DNA from: Schizosaccharomyces osmophilus | Lineage: Eukaryota | Direction: 5' to 3' | Length of the DNA stretch: 64,000 bases | Assembly (NCBI RefSeq): GCF_027921745.1 | Contig: NC_079238.1 | Span: 3,348,001 to 3,412,000 of the forward strand | Part shown: positions 11,981-24,049 of the stretch, one piece after another | How the letters are laid out: each line of letters opens with the position of its first letter | Position numbering within the stretch: position 1 is the first letter of the stretch | The notes under the pieces: model-generated | Database searches by the model: none | What the model was told of the DNA's origin: nothing | What the model saw: the letters and a program-made list of their open reading frames with translations, nothing else | Position numbers and translations under genes: made by a program

Positions 11981-12510
11981 TCCTCATTTTTTGTACAAAG
12001 ACGATGTTCTTGTCATTTTATATAGCTTACGAACTTTTATTTCCTTTGTTTACTGTTCATGAATAGAGATAGTAATGCTAATGATCCAAACTTTGCGGAG
12101 TCGAAAGAATATTATAATGTAAATTCTATTTTTTTGATCTTGTTCCTTACGTGCTGTTTTTACGGTAGAAGACTGTTCCATTATTTGCAGATTGTTGAAC
12201 GCTCTTCGCTTGACCAACCAAAGACTCGACCAAGTTAACTCGTAATGTTATAGAGTCTTTACCAATTAGCTTATTAACTTTGAAATAGTCATCGATTACA
12301 GATTTGTTTGAGAAAATCCAAATTTTCAAACAAGGCTTACTTTACACTAACACCCTGAATTCAACCTAATATTTTAGAGGTATTGTATTAAAATATTTGC
12401 TGTATAAAGCCAAAAGAAGGAAAGTATAACTTATTGGATAGCTTCAAAAGCACCTTGAAGCATAATTGCTTTACTGTAAACAACCTTGCACCGTAAATAA
12501 TAAGAATCCA

Positions 12511-13312
12511 ATGGGTTTATTAACTATACTGCGAAAGCAGAAGTGGAAAGAAAAAGAGGCTAGAGTCTTATTGCTGTATGAATTTGTTAAGCAGTAAAAA
12601 TAATAAAAAAGACCAAAGACTGACCATCTACTAAGAGGTTTAGACAATGCAGGCAAAACGACTATCCTAAAGCGCCTTTTAAACGAAAACGTATTTTAAA
12701 CCGAGATTTGCTCCTTAATTTTAACTAAATATTTAGACAATTACGGTGTCCCCTACGTTTGGTTTTCAAATACGTACTATAAATGTAGAAGGGCTGCATT
12801 TGACAATCTGTAAGTCGGTTAGAATACTGAAAAACCTAGGTTTTCTAATATAGCAGGGGATATAGGAGGTCAGAAAACGCTACGAAGTTTTTGGAAAAAT
12901 TATTTTGAGTCAACAGAGGCCATTGTTTGGGTCGTAGATAGCCTTGATGAATCAAGGTTACTAGAATGCAAACATCAATTACATGAACTTTTGTTAGAAG
13001 AAGTAAGCTATCATTTGGTTGACGAGAAGCTAAATATTTTCTAAGAAATTACTAAATATAAGCCTGTTAATTCTGGCTAATAAATCCGATGCTGCTGGCT
13101 CTTTGGACGCCAAGACAATTGAGCAAGTATGCTGCATCTTCATTTCCTTGTCTTGCTAACTTCGTTTAAAGCTATTACATTTAGATGAACTGAAATCCAG
13201 ACACTACTGTATTCTTTCAGTTTCTGCTATAACTGGTGACGGTATTCAGGAAGCTATAAATTGGTTAGCTTCTGATTTAAGAGAAAGTAAAATGGGCATT
13301 CTATCAAATTGA
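12511..13312 (+). CDS. alp41: ARL2 small GTPase (tubulin folding), about six short exons (not recovered by the ORF track)
   Basis: Spliced MGLLTILRKQKWKEKEARVLL|LGLDNAGKTT..PTFGF..W|DIGGQKTLRSFWKNYFE..ANKSD..SAITG; stop TGA at 13310-13312. Confidence 0.92.
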
Positions 13313-13472
13313 TAAAAGCCAAGAAACTCAACTCACCTATGGTGCTTTCACTGTTAAAGTAGAAGTCGTTGCTTCTTTGAGAATGACTAGACGATGTTTC
13401 CTGACTTATCGAAAAGATCTTGGCTATATTTCTTCAGAAAGTCAGTTATTATGATAATGAAACCAATCATTC

Positions 13473-16400
13473 TTACATTCTACCTGCGACCCATTTTTTC
13501 AACATATCGCTTCGTCTTTTTTCTCCTGTAGCCCAACGCAACAATACACCTCGAGGAACAAATGCAACCTTATCAACTATAACTTTGTGCGTTACCAAAA
13601 CGGTAGAAACTATAGTTGGGACAAGACTTGTAAGTCTTTGCATATTACTGACTTCAACTAGCAACGTAAATTGATCCGCTGCCTTGAAAGCCATACTGTT
13701 CTTTGTTAATCAAAAAGTTTCTTTAAAATTTGACTTACCATCCTTCTCTACAAATGTTAGGATGTACTTGTTCAACCGTTTCTTCGATGTCCGAGGCAAA
13801 ATGGTTCAAACCGTTCTGTTCGAATGTGTTCCAAATTGCGCCCAAAACGTATAGTATTTTTGAAAATTTCTCAGAACTCTCCGAATCCAACGATTTAGGA
13901 TGAATAAACCCTAAATATCCAGATCTGAAATGCTGTTTCTTTAAGTTTTCTTCAGTAAGTAATTCAGATCCGACATTCCGTTGATCAAAAGCGCAATACG
14001 ACCCGCGCCTTGCAGCAATCCAAACTTCTCCCACTTCTCCTTCATTACAAATGCGTTTCGATTCAGGATGAACTACACAAACATCGTTATGCAAACAATT
14101 CTGTCAATGGTTAGTAACTTCATACAACTATTCCAATCAACTTACAGCCCCCAAACCATATATAGTAATTCCTTTCTTATGGTTGTTGCTTTTCGATGTA
14201 ATGAATCCCTTTTTTAAATCATTAGTGTCAAAATCGCCTTTCATATCATTAATGCCTTGTTCATCACACCAGCAAATTAATGGGTTGAGTGGGTGACAAT
14301 AAGCAAGTTTTATCATTTCAGTTTTAAGATTTAATCGAAACATATTATCAATAATTGTTGTCACTGATAATGTTAGCATAAGGACTAATCTTAAGTCTTA
14401 CCTTTTGAAGTTTCAGGCTTTTCGTAACAAGGAACAATAATACATTTTATCATATCGTTTAATCCTTCGTATTCACAGATTTCAGTTTTCTCGAGAGTAT
14501 TTAAAAGATAGTTCAAAGGCAAGACAGCTTTTGATACACGCTTTTCTAACATTGTTTGAAGAGTGTTATTTTCACGGCAGTGACTGCCAGAGCCATTCAC
14601 AAGGACCGTCGGTAAACCTGGAATTATTAGTTCGAGAAATTGCATTCAATTGTTTACCTGTGTATACGCCCAAAAGTGCTGTATGAAGCAAGCCAATCCC
14701 TGACCCAAACTCAATACCACCTAGAAGAGAAGAATCGTTATCATCAAGAATAAATTCCTTTTGCTCTCGACAATAATGCAACAAATCAAAGTGTGAAAAA
14801 TTAACGGAGAAAGTAGAGCCATCAGTCAGTCTGCTGACAGCTACCAAAACAACCTTTTCCTTGTTATTTTGTTCTTTCGCTATCTTTGAAACTAACTTTT
14901 TTAATGGTCTCTTTGCCGCAGGCAGGTAATTCGTATTGTATATCTTGGGAACCTTCACTCGTTTTTCGTTACACACTTGCTGTAAGTGATGAAAACTATC
15001 ACGAGATTTAATATTAATGAAAGTGCCATCGTCGAGTAGAATACAATTAGCACGGAACTGATCGCACAAAAGTATAATTTCTTCGATATCCTTTATGACA
15101 TGATTTACAGAGTGTATTTGTAAAGGAATAGCACATATCCCCAGAAAAAAACATCCATAGAGGGCAACCACAAATTCATAAGGATCATTATACACTAGCA
15201 AAGCGTATTGTTTTCGCCTAATTTTGATAGTCGTTTGCATATACTCAATCAAAGAAGCAACTTTGTTTTCAAACGCTTTCCAACTTATGTTAATACTTTG
15301 TTTGAGAACAGGTTCGCAAACAACAAAGGAAAGACCATCCGATGACTTTGATGTTCTATTTTTGAAAAAATCCAATATCGTAAAATAGTTGAGTAAGTGA
15401 TCAGTAGCTCTACTCAGTATATGATTTGGTTTAGAACAAGTCATAAATTGCTTATTCCGATTTTCTAAGAAACTTATCCTTTCAATTTCTAGTTCTTTGG
15501 ACCATATGCATTTTGTAACAGCCGCATTAGAAATAACGCCAGGAAGTGTAGTCTCTAAAAAAAACCTGTAATAATTTACCGGTAGTGTGCCAGATAGAAA
15601 AGAAACTTTGCAATTTTCCGGACTAATTGTCTGACTTTCAGAACAACGAGTTCTGGGGAGCGATTTAGACGGGGTTATTAAAACGCATAAAACATCTATA
15701 CCAAACACAGTTTTCATGATGTTGTGAGTACTTTCTGCAATGTTACTCAAAGAATCCGTTAAAGAATAATCATCTTCAATCGTGTTCAAAAGATGAACAT
15801 AAGATTGTTTTAGCAAAGGACTCTCAAGTATTATCACTGGATGAGCATAATCGTTTATTCTCAGGTCAATAACAACCCCATCAAAAATCCAAGGAATAAG
15901 ATTGATCAATGTTTTAATCAAATAGAAAGAATGGTATGTTCTGCTTTCTATACTTACCAGACCCTCTTCTAGGACCTGCTTGCTTAGCTGGAGTTGCTCG
16001 TTTTCATAACCAAGAATAAATATTTTCTTATTATACAAAAATCCTTTAAGCCCAGAGTCAAGGAAAACATCGCTAGCTTGGCCAGAGTCGATGCTTACTT
16101 TATGTGAGGCATCTGACGCATTCCCTTCTTCCAAATAAATAGGAAGACAATCCGAATAAACCCATAAATTACCAATTTTTCCTTCCTCGCATATTTCTTG
16201 AGTTGGATTGCTAACTATGGCAACTGAAGACTCTGGAATCGGATACCAAAAAGGAGATAAGCAAAGTACATCGTTTGTGGAATACTTTCCTATATCGAGA
16301 AAAGGAATAATGTCGACCAATCCTTTCTCAATAGATTCGCGCAGGACAAGTATTTCTTGGTGCGAGTCGTTCTCTTCAGTTGTTTCCATATGTTGCTCGT

Positions 16401-17982
16401 TAGAATTAATCATCCAATCTTTGAATGAGACTGGAATCCCTCCAAACTTTTGCAGGCAAAGTAGAGGAGAAATCACCTCTTTTGAATTCGTATTACCTAA
16501 AGGATATAGCCACCTGTCCGACGCGATCATCTTAAATTCTGGGTCGACAACCGTACATTCCACCATGCAGAGCTTAAGATTCGAAAGATCAGGAATGTAA
16601 TTTTTCTTGTAATGTAGTGTAGGCAGTGGATCTTCTTGGTAATTATAAATTGTTTGCTTTAAGCTTGCATAATCGAAAAGCGCATGGCTAACCCGATACT
16701 TACTTAAAATGTATACCAATAAACCCGGCGTTTGTAACACTTCCGTTTCACAAAAAATCGTTTGATACCCAGAAAACAAGGCATTGAAGACGCCCATAAT
16801 GAGACCTAGCATATTATACGGCTGGAAGTTGGTCATAAAATTATCTTCAGCAGATTGCAAATCGACAGATGCGCATTTCTGTCGACTTGCAGGGTGGGTT
16901 ATTATCGAGGAAGTGAGACATTTCACTTGGTTCATAATAGTATGATGTTTATAAATTGCTTTCGTGGGATGTGATGGTGACTCAAATATATAGTCAATGA
17001 GAGCGACATCCTGAGGAGACGGCTTAAAAGTTAACTGAGAATTCACTTCGAGCTTGTAATGAATGAAATCAGTGGATTTCCACCATTCAATTTCATCTTT
17101 GCTTCCTAATTCAGAATCCTTCACAAAAATTCGGAAAGTAGATTCGGTAGTAAAAGCAACTTTGACTTTCTCATTTTTTACAACACACGCTAGTTGATGC
17201 AACGACAAGGATGGATGAACTGGGAGAACGATGAGACCCAGAAGGAGGCAACCAAATAAGCTTATAAGGTATTCAGCCAATTCGAGTTTTCGATAGTACA
17301 GGATCACCTTCGTACCTGGTAATAAGCCAACTTGCTTTTTCACAACCTTTGCAAACCGAGAAACCTTATTAGTGAATTTTTCCCAGGAGAATTGTGATAT
17401 TTCTCTTCCTTTCTTGTCCAAAAAAATGTGGGCAACAGCTTTTGGGCTAATATGACTACGATAAGAAAGGACATCGGTAATCGTTTGGAAATTCATCATT
17501 GAATAGGAGGGATTTTTAGGATCATTAATTTCAAACTTCGCTTTTCTTTGAACAGTGTACTGTAAATGAGGATTCTGCTTCGTAGAGAAAATGTCCTTAA
17601 CCAGCTTTCGCGAAATTTTTTTCGTCAATGCAAACTTTTTGAAACGAATCTCTTCTTCATCAATTTTCAAGATAAGATTCATTTGATTTTTGTTGAATTG
17701 ATTCATGACATCTTGGGATTTTGAATTTACAGTTGGATGAATCTTTATGTTTTCAATTTTTTTTGTGAATTGAATGGTTATGTTTTCGTTTAACTAGACA
17801 GGAGTTAGACAAAGATTAGAAGCCAAGTATACCTTTTGAGAAACTGTATTGTTTGCCGACTGTAGTAATTTCGATAGTTCAAACGGTTTTTCTTCTTCTT
17901 TTTCTTCTTCTTCGACAAATGCATCCTCAATTGCATATAAAGGAGTTTTCTTATGAAATGCAAACAGATTTTTGAAGCTCAT
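13473..17982 (-). CDS. mug62: DIP2-like tandem AMP-binding (adenylate-forming) domain protein; introns approx. 17794-17832, 14618-14657, 14364-14401, 14101-14145, 13696-13738
   Basis: Two AMP-binding-like modules (SWEKF/SWKAF, CEEGKIGNLWV / CNEGEVGEVWI), C-terminal GEKRR; canonical splice signals link five ORF-track fragments; syntenic position. Confidence 0.8.
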
Positions 17983-18039
17983 ATTGGTATAACTTTCGTG
18001 TAGGAACAATCTCTGTTATGCATAAGTGTTGTATATTTT

Positions 18040-18050
18040 GTAAACAAACA
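18040..18050. promoter_or_regulatory. FLEX (Mei4/forkhead) element upstream of mug62
   Basis: GTAAACAAACA, 58 nt upstream of the predicted ATG at 17982. Confidence 0.6.
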
Positions 18051-18537
18051 ATTCACGTGGGCTATGCAGTGCACTTTTTTTGCAAGCAATCGCTTTAAAG
18101 ACAACTTGTAATAAACTTATTGATTAAATAAAACATCAACAAATCATAACAAGCAGCCATATAATGCTTATAACTTGGATGGTAACAAAAAAAACAAAAC
18201 AGCACCGACTTAATTTGAATGTAAATAGCAGTAAATATAACCTCAAGTGAAATTAAACTTTCAGCTTGTTACACGTTTACTATGAACCACCGAGATATAG
18301 ACGGTTTTATAGGAACAGTTTGTATAAAAGGCAAGAAAACTAGGAACAAGTCGAAAACCGGCTTTTCTCTTTCAATGAATTCATGTACAACCTTTTAAAG
18401 GAGTAACTGTTAGCTATTAACATACAAAAATCTAGCGACGAAAAGTGAGATGAAATTTACTGAAACAAGTCTGTTGATAGTAACAAGCTGTCAATATGCG
18501 CAAAAATTAGAATTGTAGAGAAATGCAAAAACTAGAT

Positions 18538-18619
18538 TGCATCTACCAGGGATCGAACCTGGGACCGTCTGCGAACATATCATGTAAAGCAGAAATCATA
18601 ACCACTAGACTACAGATGC
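18538..18619 (-). tRNA. tRNA-Val(TAC) with 9-nt intron (18574-18582)
   Basis: GCATCTG/TAGATGC acceptor stem, TAGTGG D-loop, TCTGC-TT-TAC-A[intron]C-GCAGA anticodon arm, GGTTCGATCC T-loop, downstream T5 terminator. Confidence 0.95.
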
Positions 18620-19267
18620 TTTACGACAATAGCTATTTGTTAAGTGTATATAAGAAAAAACAAATCTGTATTTTGTGCATTCATATAAATGCGTTGGTTG
18701 ACGAACCGCATACAATGGAATGTAAATAAACATGAATGCAATTAGCTAAGGATAGAATAAAAATTATTCTTTTGAATTTGAATTTGAAATCTCCTACAAG
18801 TAAGTGCTGTATTGAAGCTAAGAAAAGATATTATTGAATAGTGTCCTCAATGAACATCTTACAACGTTTCTATAAGTGAAGTGCGAAAGCAAAAGGCGCT
18901 TGAAATTTAATTTGTGTTCCTTTGTTATTAGGAAAGCAAGGAAGAGCATAATGTCAATTTTTTTAGTTGGTTCTTTATGCTTTCGTATTTTCTTCCTTTG
19001 TAAATAGTACGCTGTCTGAGCCGATTAACAGATGCAAGGGATACCTGAATTGCTGACTTGTATTAACTTACACTAAATACATCATCTACTTCGTTGACTT
19101 ACTTTACTTTACACTGGCTTACTGGTTTTAAATATGGTAAACAAAGAAGCAACATACAAAGTATTTCTACAGCAACAAGGAGAAGCTATAGTTTAATATT
19201 ATTTACTACTTAAATTCTAAAACGTTTTTAATTTTGATGTTTCATTGCAGGCTAAATTACTTGGAGA

Positions 19268-19277
19268 ATCGTACCAT
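19268..19277 (+). promoter_or_regulatory. Sre1 (SREBP) regulatory element candidate upstream of erg6
   Basis: ATCGTACCAT, about 300 nt upstream of the erg6 ATG; matches the S. pombe SRE as I recall it. Confidence 0.6.
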
Positions 19278-19568
19278 TTCTAAGATATCGCAGTCTTGCA
19301 CACACTTAAAATAACGACGCGCCAGTCTTCCCTCCAACCACCACCTCCTTTCCAAAAGAGTATTCTTTTTTAAATTACCTGAATCGATATTCTTTGGTCT
19401 TTTCATTGATTCAGGATTTTCTTTCTTTTTAGAACCACTTCTTTCGGTCGTTCAACCTGATTCTTGTCAAGAAAGATATAACTAAAGAACTCGTTACCTA
19501 TCACATTTACAGTATAGTAAACGCATTATAGAATTCCCGTTACTCCCCTATTTGAAAACTAATAGACC

Positions 19569-20699
19569 ATGGCCGCCTCAGCCTCTGCTATAAATCAAGA
19601 TCAAGAGTTATCCCGCCGTTTGCACGGAAAAGACGGTGAAAACAAAACCGGACTTTCTGCTATTGCTTCTAAAGATATTGAGGAACAAAAGAAGAAGCTT
19701 TCGGAATACTTTCAATTCTGGGATAAGGGCTACGATGATGAATCTCAAGGTGACCGCGATATCCGTGTAAATGACTATAAGAAATTGGTTAACAACTACT
19801 ATGACTTGGCTACTGATTTGTATGAATATGGCTGGTGTCAAAGCTTCCATTTCTCTCGCTTCTATAAAGGAGAAGCTTTTGCTCAAAGTATTGCACGACA
19901 TGAGCATTATTTAGCTCATCGTATGGGAATCACCCATAATTCTCGCGTTTTGGACGTGGGTTGCGGTGTTGGTGGTCCTGCTCGAGAAATTACTGAGTTT
20001 ACTGGATGTAATATGGTGGGGTTAAACAATAATGATTATCAAATTTCTCGTGCCGTTAATTATGCAGCTAAACGTAATCTTGACAAGAAGCAGGTTTTCG
20101 TGAAGGGCGATTTTATGAAGATGCCTTTTGATGACAACACGTTCGACTTTGTCTATGCCATCGAAGCTACCGTTCACGCTCCAAGTTTGGAAGGTGTTTA
20201 CAGTGAAATCTTCCGTGTTCTTAAACCAGGTGGTGTTTTCGGTGTATATGAGTGGGTCATGTCTGATGACTATGATAGCACTAATCCTGAACACCGTAGA
20301 ATTGCTTATAATATTGAAATTGGTGATGGTATTCCCCAAATGGTACGCAAATCCGATGCTTTGGAAGCATTTAAGAAGTCTGGTTTTGAGGTTCTTGACC
20401 AGGAGGACTTGGCTGAAAATGACAACCTTGAGTTACCTTGGTATTATCCTATCACAGGTGACGTTACCAAATCCCAGAATGTATGGGATTTTATAACCGT
20501 TTTCCGTACAACCACTTTGGGTAAGTTTATTACCCGTCATAGCGTCAAGGTTTTAGAACGGTTAGGTATGGTTAGCAAAGGTACTAGCGAGGTGAGTGAT
20601 ACCCTTGCGATTGCACAAGAGGGTTTAATTGAGGGTGGTGAAAAGAAGTTGTTTACTCCCATGTTTTTAATGATTGGTAAGAAACCAGAAAAGGCTTAA
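19569..20699 (+). CDS. erg6: Sterol 24-C-methyltransferase
   Basis: YEYGWCQSFHF, LDVGCGVGGPARE, YAIEATVHAP and IEIGDGIP SMT motifs. Confidence 0.97.
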   Translation: MAASASAINQDQELSRRLHGKDGENKTGLSAIASKDIEEQKKKLSEYFQFWDKGYDDESQGDRDIRVNDYKKLVNNYYDLATDLYEYGWCQSFHFSRFYKGEAFAQSIARHEHYLAHRMGITHNSRVLDVGCGVGGPAREITEFTGCNMVGLNNNDYQISRAVNYAAKRNLDKKQVFVKGDFMKMPFDDNTFDFVYAIEATVHAPSLEGVYSEIFRVLKPGGVFGVYEWVMSDDYDSTNPEHRRIAYNIEIGDGIPQMVRKSDALEAFKKSGFEVLDQEDLAENDNLELPWYYPITGDVTKSQNVWDFITVFRTTTLGKFITRHSVKVLERLGMVSKGTSEVSDTLAIAQEGLIEGGEKKLFTPMFLMIGKKPEKA

Positions 20700-20983
20700 G
20701 AAGCTTAATTTTACTATTCATAAATAATGCGTCTGACAAATCATGAAACGCTGTACACCCTTTATATCAGTTATACCAAAATAGACCTGATTAATATACA
20801 TCATTAGTTGCTTTGCACTTGTATAGTTATCATTGCTTTTTCTTTTTTCTTTCAACGTGTAATTTCTACAATACTATAATTTTAAGCTTCGCATCATTGC
20901 CCACAGTTACTCTCTAATATTTAAAATTTAACAAAACCTATTAGCTTCATTCATCGTACATTTAATGTTACTCAGGATGTAGT

Positions 20984-21298
20984 CTATTGCTTTTCGAGTT
21001 CTTGAGGAGTCTTCGCAGAGGTTATTTGCAAAGCATGTAGTCCGTTTTCAAACTCATCTTTTAAAGATGAGTAAACCAGGCGATGTCGTGCGACCCTTGT
21101 TAGCCCTGTAAATTTTGGCGATATTATGTTCAATCGAAAGTGTGTTTCGTTTTTTTCTTCTAAACCTTTCATCGCCGCATGATGGGCGTGTTTGTAACTG
21201 TCGTTATACAACTCAATATTTCTGGCCTCTAATTCCTTACTTAAGGTGTTAAAAATTCGATCATGTCTGGACATGTTGTGAAGAAGCCGTTTGATCAT
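20984..21298 (-). CDS. uvi31: BolA family protein
   Basis: NDSYKHAHH..ETHFRLNIIS..RVARHRLVY..GLHALQI BolA signature. Confidence 0.92.
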   Translation of the reverse strand: MIKRLLHNMSRHDRIFNTLSKELEARNIELYNDSYKHAHHAAMKGLEEKNETHFRLNIISPKFTGLTRVARHRLVYSSLKDEFENGLHALQITSAKTPQELEKQ

Positions 21299-21736
21299 AA
21301 AATTAATTTTAATAATCTATTTCCTTAATAAAATTTATAAGGAACGTTATTTTATAAAACCTCAAAGGTTAAACAATCGTTATCTCTCAAACACACTTTT
21401 ATTCTTAGAAGGTATATGTACAAGGAATGTGAAGATATAAATACTAAGCTTGACAGTGACTATTCAGTACTAAATAAAGAAACCACATAATTTATTAATT
21501 TTATAGTTTTACTACTTGTACAAGACATTCAATTAAGTCATAATAAGTGACTTTTCAATGCTTTTTCAAAAACTACTGAATAAGGTCTCTTGGCTTGATA
21601 GATAGCTTTTGCAAAACATAGCCATCATTAACTAAAAATTTTGTAGTCTATTCAGACAAAGATATCGTTTCGAAAAAAGGGATTCTTCATTAAGTTAACT
21701 AGTATACAGTGATAAATTATCGTAGTCCATTTGGTT

Positions 21737-24049
21737 TTATGTCATGTCAATATCCATTTCTTCATCATGTTTTTCGTTTTCAACAGTCTTCATTTTAGAA
21801 CTTTTTCTTTGATGATCTTGCAAATCTCCAAAACTCCACCAAGATATACCTTCCTGATCAGCGGAAGTGAACGGTTGAGCCATACTTCTCAAGAATTTTT
21901 TAGCTAATGCAACAGACATATCAGTGCTTAAATTCGTAGCACCCTCAGTTATGTACTGCTGAATCCACTTGGGCAACTTTGTTCGCTTGTCGGACCGACC
22001 ATAACGCTTGTCAGCAAGAACCATAATACCATGATCGTCTTTACCACGTAGTACACGCCCTAGACACTGAGCAGCATGTCGCATGGCGTCGAACGTCAAG
22101 AAATCTGCTTCCCGAATTTGATAAGTGTCCCTTAAAAATTCTAAACGGGCTTTTAAAATCCTACTTTCTGTGTACTGGTAAGGGATCCCAAACATAATGA
22201 CGGCTCTTCCGTAATGATGGTCAAAATCAACTCCCTCCGAAACCTTTCCTCGAGCGACAGAAAGCAACACTGCACCACGACCATTACTGCATGCAGCACG
22301 GTAAGTCTCCAAAGCCAAAGTTGTTTCATGCGGATCCGGGGTTTCTACTAAAATCAACTTATATTTCCACACTTCGTCTAAAATACCCATGCTTTGCCAA
22401 CTAGACACGATACTTTCCAAATATAAATAACTGGGAAAAAATGCGACTAATCCATCGGGAACAATTTTGGAATACTCGATCAATATGTTACCGTAATTCC
22501 TAACAACACTTGGATCATTACGAGCTTCAAACTTGGAAGATATGGAAACTTGATCACCGCCTCTAGTTATAACCATTGGTAGAAAACAGTTCCTTGCCAA
22601 AGACATGCCATAAGATTCCTGAATAACGGAGTTAAATTGAAGCATTTTTGGATACATGTCAAGAGGTGAAAGCGTACCACTTGTGATGACTACAGAACGG
22701 AATCTGTCAAATACGGGCTTGATCGCAATAGCGGCATCTAAACAGGAGAAATGAAGAATTGGGTTGGGAACAGTAGCATTTTCCGTTTCGAAAGGCTCTA
22801 AAATTAAGACAAACCCGCGTTCATAGGTAGATACAAGAGTAGCAAAGGTTGCAACTTGCTGTAAGGATTGAAAATCGTCAACAGCGGCAATTTGCAAGGC
22901 ACGGACAAGACTGTTCAATCGTTCGGCGCAAAATCGAAGCGGCTTTGCATCAATAAATGTCAGATCTTTTACGTGCTGCAAGAAGGAAGTGGGGGTTTCA
23001 GCAATTACATGAAGAACTTTCATACGAGTTTTCAAATATTCGACGAATCTTTTTAAAAAAGCAACGAAATGTTCAGCACGACGGATATTACCAGGAACAG
23101 CTTCCTGTAATATGTCTTCGGGTAAGACGGGGTTTGTCATAAACTGCTCCTCAGCCGAAGCAGTATTAGCACCTTGAAGACCGCTTACAAGCTTTTGGTA
23201 TTCATCCTGAAGCTTTTTTGCGTCAGATTGCTTAACCTCGTTTACCTTTTGTTCAAGAGCTTGGACACCGCGGGTAGCTTTTCGCAAAGAAGAATCTGTC
23301 AAGTCGATACTAAGAGATTCAATACATACGTTATCGATGTTATGAGCCTCGTCGAAGACGACAATGCAGTCTTTACTAAGTTCTTTGGAAACTCGTTCAG
23401 CAATTTTTGGATCCAATAAATAGTGATAGGAATAGATAATAACATTGCAAAATGGAAGCATTCGACGAACGGTGAAATAAGGACAGCGAACATGCTTTGT
23501 GCCATATTCTGTAATATCATCGAGAGTCCAAACGCCATTTGGCACCAAACTATGAGGTTCCAAGTCCTCTAAGTTTTCATGGAAATCACATAGCTGTACA
23601 TCCATGCCAGCTTGCTTTTGCTCCTTGACAAAACCGGCAGTCATTGATCGGCAGCGGGCGTCAACAACGTTTCCGTTCTTTTCGCGACGAACAGAAGGAT
23701 GCAGACATAAATTTTTCCGACTGGACAAGCCAAGACCAAGAAATGGTTCTTCGTAGCCAAGCTGAGAAGTACGATATTGCATGAGGCGTTTCAATTCTGC
23801 CAAAGCTTTGTCAATTTCCGACATGGTACGGGAGCAATAAATAAGTTTCCGATGCTCGGGATAATGGGATTGGTAAGAAATAATCAAAGATAACAAGGAA
23901 ATTGTCTTTCCGGTTCCTGAAGGCATCTCTAGTAAAGCAGCACCACCAGCGTCTAGAGAGTGCTTTAGATCGCACATATACTGGTACTGTTCAGGGTATA
24001 TACGGGGATAGGGAAAGAGCACAGGAAGGTCATCGATATAAAACTTCAT
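21737..24049 (-). CDS. rad15: TFIIH XPD/Rad3 Fe-S DNA helicase
   Basis: MPSGTGKT, DEAH, Fe-S cysteines (LCLHP, CR, CDF, CPYF), AQCLGRVLRGK. Confidence 0.97.
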   Translation of the reverse strand: MKFYIDDLPVLFPYPRIYPEQYQYMCDLKHSLDAGGAALLEMPSGTGKTISLLSLIISYQSHYPEHRKLIYCSRTMSEIDKALAELKRLMQYRTSQLGYEEPFLGLGLSSRKNLCLHPSVRREKNGNVVDARCRSMTAGFVKEQKQAGMDVQLCDFHENLEDLEPHSLVPNGVWTLDDITEYGTKHVRCPYFTVRRMLPFCNVIIYSYHYLLDPKIAERVSKELSKDCIVVFDEAHNIDNVCIESLSIDLTDSSLRKATRGVQALEQKVNEVKQSDAKKLQDEYQKLVSGLQGANTASAEEQFMTNPVLPEDILQEAVPGNIRRAEHFVAFLKRFVEYLKTRMKVLHVIAETPTSFLQHVKDLTFIDAKPLRFCAERLNSLVRALQIAAVDDFQSLQQVATFATLVSTYERGFVLILEPFETENATVPNPILHFSCLDAAIAIKPVFDRFRSVVITSGTLSPLDMYPKMLQFNSVIQESYGMSLARNCFLPMVITRGGDQVSISSKFEARNDPSVVRNYGNILIEYSKIVPDGLVAFFPSYLYLESIVSSWQSMGILDEVWKYKLILVETPDPHETTLALETYRAACSNGRGAVLLSVARGKVSEGVDFDHHYGRAVIMFGIPYQYTESRILKARLEFLRDTYQIREADFLTFDAMRHAAQCLGRVLRGKDDHGIMVLADKRYGRSDKRTKLPKWIQQYITEGATNLSTDMSVALAKKFLRSMAQPFTSADQEGISWWSFGDLQDHQRKSSKMKTVENEKHDEEMDIDMT

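Noticed and set aside
12147..12340. Minus-strand 60-aa ORF between lon1 and alp41 with GTAAGC/GTAAGG donors nearby
   Set aside because: No ATG start and I could not build a stop-free spliced model; no recognisable motif
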